This document shows positions 8,832-15,894 of a stretch of DNA of 32,000 nt, piece after piece (within the stretch, counting starts at the first letter, position 1; the number at the start of each line of letters is the position of its first letter). The translations under genes and the position numbers were made by a program. The stretch lies in NCBI RefSeq assembly GCF_008065095.1, contig NZ_CP042911.1, positions 3,000,001-3,032,000 of the forward strand, written 5' to 3'. The DNA comes from Gemmata obscuriglobus. GTDB taxonomy: Bacteria > Planctomycetota > Planctomycetia > Gemmatales > Gemmataceae. Under the pieces are notes generated by a model. It ran no database searches and was not told the origin of the DNA. It worked only from the letters and a program-made list of their open reading frames with translations.

Positions 8832-10396
8832 ATGGACGCCACCACGCTCGCCCCCGATGCGCCGCTGCCGGACGACGTGCCCACGCTCCAGGCGATGGTT
8901 CGTGAGTTGCTCACCGAACTCCAGAAGCTCCGGGCCGAGAACGCCGAACTGAAGACCAAACTCGACGCCGCCCTGAAGCACCGGTTCGGCCGCCGGAGCG
9001 AACGCCGGACGCCACCGCCGGTGCCCGCCGCCCAGAAGCCACCCCGACGCGATGAGCACGGTCGCTCGCCCTTGCCCGAGCACCTCGAACGGCGGGAGGT
9101 CGTCCACGACCTGACCGCGGCCGAGAAGCTCTGCCCGTGCTGCGGCCGGCCCCGCGCGTGCATCGGAGAGTAGACGGCCGAGCAACTCGATCTCGAACCG
9201 GCCACGTTCTTCGTCCTCCGCACGGTCAAGAAGAGCTACGCCTGCCGCCACTGCGACCCGGCGGCGGTGCCGGCCGAGCAGCGCATCACGACCGCCGGTC
9301 CGGCCCAGGTCGGCCCGATCGCCAAGGGGTTGTGCGGTCCGGGGCTGCTGACCCACGCCGTCACCGCCAAGTTCGCCGACCACACGCCGGTCCATCGACT
9401 CGCCGGCCAACTGGGCCGGTCCGGGTGACGATCGCGACCTCGACGCTGGGCGACTGGCTGTTCCGGGCGTCTGAGTTGCTGACCCCGCTGTACGAGTTGA
9501 TGCACGCGCGAGTGCTCCGGTCGCGGGTGATTCATGGGGACGACACGGGCGTGAAGTTGCGGGTGCCGGGGAGCCATCGCACGGCCAAGGCGTACATCGG
9601 GGACGCCGACCACCCGTACGTCCTGTTTGACTTCACGACCGACTACACGGCCGACGGGCCGAAGCAGTTCCTCGCGGGCTACAAGGGCTACTTGCAGGCG
9701 GACGCACTGGCCCAGTACGAGGGGTTGTACGGCGAGCGCAAGGTCCAGCACGTGTGCTGCGTCGCGCACGCCCGCCGCAAGTTCGTGGCCGCACACGACA
9801 CTGGTGACGAGCGGGCGGCCCAGGCTTTGGGGTTGTTCGGCCGGTTGTACGCGATCGAGCGGGCGCTGCCACCGCTGCTGCCGCCGTCGGACGACCCGGC
9901 AGTTCGGGAACTTCGACGGCATCGCGAAGAGCAACGCCGGGCGCTGCGGGGGCGTGACGCCGAACCGGTGTGGGATGAACTGTCGAAGTGGCTGACCGAG
10001 CAGAAGCCGGGTGCGCTGCCGAAGTCGCCGCTGGGAACCGCGATCGGGTACGCCACGAACAACTGGGGGGCGTTGAAGCGATACCTCGAACAAGGCTTCC
10101 TGGCGCTGGACAACAACCTCAGCGAGAGAACGCTCCGGGCAATCGCACTCGGACGGAACAACTGGGGCGTGTTTGGCAGTGCGGGAGGCGGGCGGACGGC
10201 GGCGGTGCTGTTCTCGGTCATCGGCACGTGCAAGCATCTGGGGCTCGATCCGTTCGCGTACCTGCGGGAGGCGCTGCCGGGGGTGTTCGCGCCAGGCGAG
10301 AATCAGACGACCGAACGACTAATGGACGGGCTACCGGACCGATGGCTGTTGAATCGAACACGGGACCAAACCGCCCCGGATGCGGCCACCCGGTAA
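8832..10396 (+). pseudogene. tnpC: IS66 transposase (TnpC) disrupted by an in-frame TAG and a 1-nt deletion
   Basis: The leucine-zipper N-terminus and CPCCG zinc motif are followed by TAG at 9171-9173 (..ACIGE*TAEQLDLEP..). The frame is then lost at the G-run 9423-9425 (..LGRSG* / VTIATSTLGDW continues in the next frame). The downstream part keeps the DDE-region motifs (HGDDTGVKL, LQADALAQY, LALDNNLSERTLR). Confidence 0.85.
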
Positions 10397-10420
10397 ACCT
10401 CGGCACCTCCCACGCTTCAA

Positions 10421-10465
10421 ACCCGCCGGTCCAAGGCCGGCGGGTCGCACTCCGTGCGTAACTAC
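10421..10465. repeat. Internal, diverged IRR-like copy at the end of the IS66 core
   Basis: Alignable to 18529-18565: shared ACCCGCC.GTC.A.GG and the G.GCGTA.C tip, with indels. The match to IRL is poorer than that of the distal copy. Confidence 0.5.
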
Positions 10466-10658
10466 CTCAGGGATACGACATCCGAACAGTTCGATATTCA
10501 GCCGACCGGGCGGACACATTCTGGCGCGTCAAGCGGGAGGACAACGCCGCCAGAGCACCGGTTCCGAGAAGGACGACGACCGACGGGGCAGCCCCGGCGG
10601 GGCGTCGGCTACCATGCCGCCCCCGCCCGACCTGAAGTTGCTTCGGACCCAACTCGGT

Positions 10659-11747
10659 TTACCAGTGCGGGGCGGCCAAGGCGTTCATCAACCGGAGCGA
10701 GAACGGTCGGGCCTGCTTCGACGCACGCGCGGGCATCTTTTCCGGCGTGGGCGTGGGCGTGGGCGTGGGGGCTGGCGGAGGCGCCCCGCAGTTGCTGCTC
10801 GGCGGGGACGAAGGCGGCGGGTTCGGGCGGTTCCCGCTCGCCGTCACCAGGGTGGCCAACCCGGCCACGATCAACGCCCCGGCCGCGATCGACTGCCAGG
10901 TCAACGGCTCACCCAACAAGACGCAGCCGAGCATCATCGCGATGATGGGGATGACCCAGGTGTGCGACATGAACACCGGGGTCGGCAGGCGCTTAAGGGC
11001 GACCATGTACGCCCCGAACCCGAGGACCGAGCTGACCGCCGTCAGGTACCCCCAGGCCGCCCAAGCCGGGGCCGTCGGTGCCGGGAGCGGTTCGCCGGCG
11101 GCGGCCGCAGCGACCGCGAGCGGGATGGCGCCCGCGATCATCTGCCAGCCGATGACGGTCCACAGGGCGTCCTTGTTCACCCGGTACTTGACCGTCAGGG
11201 CACCCGCGGCGTAGCACGCGGGGCCGAGCACCAGGGCCGCGAGGTTGGTCAGGCCCGCATCGACCGTGACGCCGGCGGGCAGGACCAGCACGCCCACGCC
11301 CACCGCCCCGAGGGTCATGCCGAGCAGACCGCGGGAACTCGGCCGCCGGTGCGCGATGACGGCTTCGAGGCCGGTCACGATGATCGGCCCGAGGCCGAAG
11401 AAGAGCGACACGAGCCCGGAGCCGGCCGAGCGGGACGCCAGCGTCGCCAGCCCCGTCCCGCCGCCGCAGAGCAGCAGCCCGGCGGCCGCGAGCGGCAGGA
11501 TTTGCTGGCGGGCGGGCATCACCGGCCGGCCCAGCGCCCGCAGGACGAGGAGCACCGCGGTCCCGGCGGCCGCGAATCGCGACGCGGCCATGGTGAAGGG
11601 CGGCCAGCCGCCGTGCGGGCCAACGGCGACCCGCATCGCGAGGAACGTCGTACCGGTGATGACACACAGGGCCACGAAGCAGGCCATGCCGAGCGGGCTC
11701 AGGCGCGCCCACCACGGGGCCGCTTGAGGGCGGGAGTTGTTCGTCAT
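10659..11747 (-). CDS. EamA/DMT-superfamily transporter with Pro/Thr-rich C-terminal tail
   Basis: ATG at 11747 is preceded by GGAGGTG. The protein has ten-helix-type hydrophobicity and an EamA-like repeat. The tail reads PAPTPTPTPTPEK. Confidence 0.8.
   Translation of the reverse strand: MTNNSRPQAAPWWARLSPLGMACFVALCVITGTTFLAMRVAVGPHGGWPPFTMAASRFAAAGTAVLLVLRALGRPVMPARQQILPLAAAGLLLCGGGTGLATLASRSAGSGLVSLFFGLGPIIVTGLEAVIAHRRPSSRGLLGMTLGAVGVGVLVLPAGVTVDAGLTNLAALVLGPACYAAGALTVKYRVNKDALWTVIGWQMIAGAIPLAVAAAAAGEPLPAPTAPAWAAWGYLTAVSSVLGFGAYMVALKRLPTPVFMSHTWVIPIIAMMLGCVLLGEPLTWQSIAAGALIVAGLATLVTASGNRPNPPPSSPPSSNCGAPPPAPTPTPTPTPEKMPARASKQARPFSLRLMNALAAPHW
10744..10767. repeat. (GGCGTG)x4 tandem hexanucleotide repeat inside the transporter tail
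   Basis: Four perfect units read directly in the sequence. On the minus strand they encode the (PT)n stretch. Confidence 0.9.
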
Positions 11748-11917
11748 TGTCACCTCCGCGAGGGTAGGAACCAACCGGCTTTCGATGCTGGCCGGCTGCA
11801 CCTCTCTAACGGACTTAGTCCTCGTCGGTGTTTCAAGTATTTGCATTCAAAAACCACACGGCCTTGGCGAATGGTACGCCAAGGCCGTGTGGTTTCGTTA
11901 GGTCGAACGGGTCTGAA

Positions 11918-13150
11918 TCACTCCGCGTTCGCGTAGTACAGTGGGCGGGTGCGGTTCTTGCGCTCGTCGCGGAATCCGAACAGCTTCAGCCCGTGGTACC
12001 GCCCCTCGAGGTCGAACAGAGGCCCGTACACCAGCTCGCCGCCCTCCTTGCGCGCGACCTGCCCGTTCGAGTGCATCGGCAGCAGGTACGGGCGGGCGTA
12101 AGAGTTCGACGGGGCCAGCGCCAGTCGCGGCTCACCGGGCTTGGCGTGCACCGAAGCGCGGATGTACAGATCGGTGCCGACGGCCTCGCGCACGACCCGT
12201 TCGACCAGCCCGAGGTCGCGCACGGCGTGGTTGTTCGCGGTGTACCCGACCGAGAGGTCGGCCGCCAGGAACCACAGGTCCTCGGCGTCCTTCGCCGCGA
12301 TGCTGCCGACTTGGTGCCCGCCGACGGCCCCGAACACCTGGACGGTGTGCTCGTAGGACCAGCCGCGGGCGCGGAGGTTGACGCTCGACACCAGGCTGTC
12401 CGCCTGAGACGCCAGCTGAGCCCGGAAGTCTTCGTTGCTGTTCGCCTGCTCGCGCACGTTGACGATCTCGTCGATAACGAACTCAAACCACCGGTCGTCG
12501 AGCACGTTGCGCGGAGACGCCAGCACGACGTCGAGCGCGCCGAGGAACGCCCGCGCGTCGTCTTGCAGGGTCTCCAGGAACAGGTCGGCCTGGCGGGCGT
12601 CCAACCCCGCGTCCGCCGAGTGCAGGTGCCCGTCAGCGACGAGCACGAGCCGGGTCGGCACGTCGGTCACCTCGGTCAGAGCGTCGGCGACCCCCTGGAG
12701 CACGTTGACGGACGTCCAGTCTGCGAGGTCGGGGGTGAGCGTACGGCCCGTCTTCAGCTCGTTCCCGATCTTGACGCCGCCGGTGATCATGGCCACGGTG
12801 AACTGCTTGTGGCTCAGCATCCCGTTGATCTTGTCGAGCAACCCGGTGCGGACGCCCAGATCGTCGAACAGGGTCGCTTTCACGCTCAGCGACGCGGCCT
12901 TGAGGACGGCCAGGGCGTTCTCCGCCGGGCTCAGGTCGGGCTTGCACTTTTTCAGGAGTTCGTCCTTCCAGTGCTCGCGCCCCTGGCGCAGTTCCAGGGT
13001 GAGGGACTGCAGGGCGTCCGGGGTCAGGACCGTCATCGGCGGCGGCGGGAAGGTGCGCCCTGCCTCGATCTGTTTGCACGCCTCCGGGAGGATGGACAGC
13101 TTGTCGAGGCGGGAGGCGTCGGACAGGGCGGACCGGAAGGGCTGGGCCAT
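11918..13150 (-). CDS. Hypothetical enzyme, tentatively DIT1/PvcA-like (isonitrile synthase family)
   Basis: Soluble 410-aa ORF. TPDLADW...PTRLVLVADGHLHSADAGLD and ...LYIRASVHAKPGEPRLALAP....LLPMHSNGQV resemble the PvcA patterns (pDlgEe..., ivSDGrvF.d, iRLSIH...K..i.l...tPWH). The call rests on recalled motifs only. Confidence 0.35.
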   Translation of the reverse strand: MAQPFRSALSDASRLDKLSILPEACKQIEAGRTFPPPPMTVLTPDALQSLTLELRQGREHWKDELLKKCKPDLSPAENALAVLKAASLSVKATLFDDLGVRTGLLDKINGMLSHKQFTVAMITGGVKIGNELKTGRTLTPDLADWTSVNVLQGVADALTEVTDVPTRLVLVADGHLHSADAGLDARQADLFLETLQDDARAFLGALDVVLASPRNVLDDRWFEFVIDEIVNVREQANSNEDFRAQLASQADSLVSSVNLRARGWSYEHTVQVFGAVGGHQVGSIAAKDAEDLWFLAADLSVGYTANNHAVRDLGLVERVVREAVGTDLYIRASVHAKPGEPRLALAPSNSYARPYLLPMHSNGQVARKEGGELVYGPLFDLEGRYHGLKLFGFRDERKNRTRPLYYANAE

Positions 13151-13345
13151 GATGACACTCGCGTCGGGTGGCAGTGAGCAGCCCGACCGACCTTCGGCCG
13201 GGCTACCCCGACTACGGGCGAGCGTATTTCCGTCGTTGCAGAGATGTTGCTGTGGTTTTTTTCAATGCCGTTAACCCATGCAGAGCAATGACTTAGAGGC
13301 CATGAGAACTTATTTTTCACCGCATCACTTTTTTCGTGCAACAAC

Positions 13346-13367
13346 CGCCCGTTCAGCGCCCGTTCAG
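13346..13367. repeat. Perfect tandem 11-bp direct repeat (CGCCCGTTCAG x2) in a divergent intergenic region
   Basis: Read directly in the sequence. It lies between the divergently oriented genes 11918-13150 (-) and 13504-14247 (+). Confidence 0.9.
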
Positions 13368-13503
13368 GGGGGTAGAGGGGAAATCAGCCAGCAAGAAAAC
13401 CGTCTTGGAATTTGACTTTCGCGAAATCTTCGCTGCAAGCCGAGCAGCTTCATGTGTTCGAAGGTTGGAACTGAGAAAGCCTCACCACGAAGGAGAACAC
13501 CCC

Positions 13504-14247
13504 GTGGCTGACTCCACCGGCCCGAACCAGGTGCCGATTAACGACGCCGTTAACGCGGGGCCTGACCCGCCTGTTCCGCTCGAATCGCCCCTCCCGCCGG
13601 GCTGGACCGACCAGCCGTGCGGTTGCTCGCGCCGGTGGCACTACGCCGACGAGGAGTACCGGTGCTTCGTTTACACGCGGTACACGATCTGCTCCCCGGC
13701 GTGTACCTGCGTCCTGACCACTGAAGTGGCGCGGGGCCAAGCAACGGCGCGCCGTCTGGGCCAACAAAGCGCAGACTGCGATGCCAGCGCAGCGCTGCAC
13801 GCCTGGAAAGTCCACCTCCTCTTCACCAACCGGAACTTCGACGAGCAGCAGGGAGATGATCAATTCAGCCGGTACCTCGCTCAGATTGCCTGGAACAGTG
13901 CGCGCGAGTGGTACCGCGGCTTCTACCACACTGACACCTTGATCGGTCCGATTTTGCCGGTCTCCTTCGTCAACCCCGACGACGGCTTGGCCGCCGGCGC
14001 CGTGCCGGAACCGGCCGACCAGGACGAGCCACAACGCCAGACCGACGAGCGCATCTGGATCGAAGAGCTCGCGGAACTGATCCCGAACGAATGGGATCGC
14101 AACGTCTTCCTCGCGCGCCACAGGGACGGCCTCTCGGCCGCGGAAATCGCGCAGCAAGCGGGCTGCGCCCCGTACGCCGTTTATCAGTCGCTGTGGGGCA
14201 GTTATGCGATTCTGCACGCCCGCCTTCTTGACCAGTGCGACGGCTAA
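13504..14247 (+). CDS. Atypical ECF-like sigma-70 family protein with Cys-rich N-terminal extension
   Basis: GTG at 13504 is preceded by GAAGGAGAA. Region-2-like FSRYLAQIAWNSAREWYR. Region-4-like DRNVFLARHRDGLSAAEIAQQAGCAPYAVYQSLWGSYAILHARL. The N-terminal part contains CGCSRRWHYADEEYRCFVYTRYTICSPACTC. Confidence 0.55.
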   Translation: MADSTGPNQVPINDAVNAGPDPPVPLESPLPPGWTDQPCGCSRRWHYADEEYRCFVYTRYTICSPACTCVLTTEVARGQATARRLGQQSADCDASAALHAWKVHLLFTNRNFDEQQGDDQFSRYLAQIAWNSAREWYRGFYHTDTLIGPILPVSFVNPDDGLAAGAVPEPADQDEPQRQTDERIWIEELAELIPNEWDRNVFLARHRDGLSAAEIAQQAGCAPYAVYQSLWGSYAILHARLLDQCDG

Positions 14248-14353
14248 ACGCCAGCAAACCACCGGGCGACAGAATTCTGTCGCCCGAGTTCCCGCAGCGC
14301 GGGAGTAACAAGGTTGAAGTGACCTTGTCATCCTCGCAACAAGGAGTCATTCC

Positions 14354-15058
14354 GTGAACGACAACGAGCTGGATAGCAACGGCCGGGACTCGCCGAGCGA
14401 GCCAAAATACGAACCCAGGAACATTTCGCCCCTGCGGTACCTGTCCGTCCTCACGGGCGAATCGGAGTGGACGCCGGAGGAGCAGGACGCGATCGAACAA
14501 GACCCCGTTCTTCGGCAGAGGATCACTCGCCTGATGCTGGCGATGTACGCCCCTCTTCTGGGTCCCAAACCGACACCGCCCGATGCGAAGCCAAAGGGCC
14601 CCGTCGCCTGGCGCGAACCCAAAAAGTTCAAAGACGCTCCGTGTGAGGATGAGGTCGTGGCGGCCGGCCTCGGAGCCCACGCCGGTGCCGCGGCCGCGCC
14701 GAAAGAGGAGTTCACTTCCGCGTCTCGCGTGTGGACGGGAAAGCCGGCGTGGTCGAATCGCCCGTCCGATTGGCCTGAAGAACTGTCGGTGGTTTACGAA
14801 GTTCTTGACGGCGACCTGGAAGTCACCATCAAGGGGCTCGAGGACGTGAGCACGGCGCGTTACCAAGCGGTACTGGTCGCGGTCGGGAATCCCGCCATTC
14901 CCATCGATTCCTGGTTTCGGACGTCGAAGTTCAAGGCGCGTACGCTGCAACTCGACCAATCATCGAGAGCGGGCGCACAACAGCTGTACGTTTTTCTCGC
15001 CGAACGGCGGGGGAAGAAGACCGAGCTCGTCGCCCAGCCGATTCCCATTCGGCTCTGA
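14354..15058 (+). CDS. Hypothetical protein (no TM helix, Pro/Lys-rich linker)
   Basis: GTG start 7 nt after AAGGAG (14341-14346). Same strand as, and directly downstream of, the sigma-like gene. No recognisable domain. Confidence 0.55.
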   Translation: MNDNELDSNGRDSPSEPKYEPRNISPLRYLSVLTGESEWTPEEQDAIEQDPVLRQRITRLMLAMYAPLLGPKPTPPDAKPKGPVAWREPKKFKDAPCEDEVVAAGLGAHAGAAAAPKEEFTSASRVWTGKPAWSNRPSDWPEELSVVYEVLDGDLEVTIKGLEDVSTARYQAVLVAVGNPAIPIDSWFRTSKFKARTLQLDQSSRAGAQQLYVFLAERRGKKTELVAQPIPIRL

Positions 15059-15091
15059 TGTCGCCCGTGGCCAACAACTGGAGGAGAACTC

Positions 15092-15748
15092 ATGAACGTG
15101 CTCTCTCGCCTCGTGCTCGCGGTCGTCGCTGCGCTCTGGCTGCCTTTGGCCGCTCTGGCCGATGGAACCCAGCCGATGGCCGTCCAGGCCGGCTCCTGGA
15201 CGGTGGGCGAGAACGGCGTCAACGTCGACGCGGCGTGCTTGAAGAAGAAGTTGAAGGAGCCCACCGCCGGTACCTCGCTCAGCCTGCACGAGGGCAAGGT
15301 AGTCGTCGAGGTCCACGATGGCACCAAGTGGGTCGAGCACTCTACCCTCGCGGACGCTGTGACGAACGGTCACCTCGTGATCGAGGGAATCACGCAGGGC
15401 CGCCATCCCGACACGGGGGAAACCATCGGCCGGTTCGACGCGATCAAGATCAGGCCCGGTACTAAGCCGCTCGACGGGAATGTGCGGGTCACCTTCCGCG
15501 AACCGACGGTTTTCGGGGCCGAGGGCACGAAGGTCGCGGATTTCAAGGAAGCCGCCGGCTTGGTCGGTGACATCCAGCAGTACGCCAAGACCTTTGGCCT
15601 GCAGCCCAACGAGGCGCGGTTCATCGCCCAGCACGCCTACTGGGCTTTGGACCGGCAAGGCAAGGCGACTAAGGACGAGGTGGCGAAGCTGACGAAGATG
15701 AGCGAGGAAGAGTTCACCAAGTGGCTGATTAAGAACATGAAACCTTAA
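15092..15748 (+). CDS. Hypothetical secreted protein
   Basis: Signal-peptide-like N-terminus MNVLSRLVLAVVAALWLPLAALA/DG. It starts 33 nt after the preceding gene. Confidence 0.6.
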   Translation: MNVLSRLVLAVVAALWLPLAALADGTQPMAVQAGSWTVGENGVNVDAACLKKKLKEPTAGTSLSLHEGKVVVEVHDGTKWVEHSTLADAVTNGHLVIEGITQGRHPDTGETIGRFDAIKIRPGTKPLDGNVRVTFREPTVFGAEGTKVADFKEAAGLVGDIQQYAKTFGLQPNEARFIAQHAYWALDRQGKATKDEVAKLTKMSEEEFTKWLIKNMKP

Positions 15749-15792
15749 CGGTTGCGTCAGCGACTCCGTCAAGTGCGAATAAAATCTACGTC

Positions 15793-15825
15793 GCCGGGGT
15801 TCGAGGACCATCCTCGAGCCCCGGC
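15793..15825 (+). terminator. Strong GC hairpin (14-bp stem, 5-nt loop) between the secreted-protein gene and the CHAT gene; possible terminator or attenuator
   Basis: GCCGGGGTTCGAGG-accat-CCTCGAGCCCCGGC with a single G.U pair. There is no clear U-tract after it. Confidence 0.35.
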
Positions 15826-15894
15826 TTGCGACTTGAAAGCCTTTCAACTTGCTGTTCCTGGGCAGGTGCCTAGGTGCCTGGAGCCGGCTCAAAG

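Larger units (their letters stand above)
8030..10465 (+). mobile_element. IS66-family core (tnpA-tnpB-tnpC), about 2.4 kb, decayed
   Basis: Three-ORF IS66 organisation. It runs from IRL at 8030 to a diverged IRR-like sequence ending near 10462-10465 (..ACCCGCCGGTCCAAGG..CGCACTCCGTGCGTAAC). The size matches typical IS66 members. Confidence 0.7.

Noticed and set aside
10744-10767. Short tandem repeat considered as a CRISPR- or VNTR-like feature.
   Set aside because: It is only four 6-bp units with no spacers, and it lies in-frame inside a coding tail where it encodes a PT repeat. It is not a CRISPR array, and none was seen anywhere in the window.
10380-11936. 518-aa plus-strand ORF. Similar long ORFs occur at 11828-13177 (+), 27157-28692 (-), 28886-30208 (-), 764-1627 (-), 8243-9229 (-), 9236-10237 (-) and 13970-14959 (-).
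   Set aside because: Each lies antisense to a gene with clear family motifs. Their translations are Arg/Pro/Gly-rich and low in complexity, as expected for stop-poor shadow frames in high-GC DNA.
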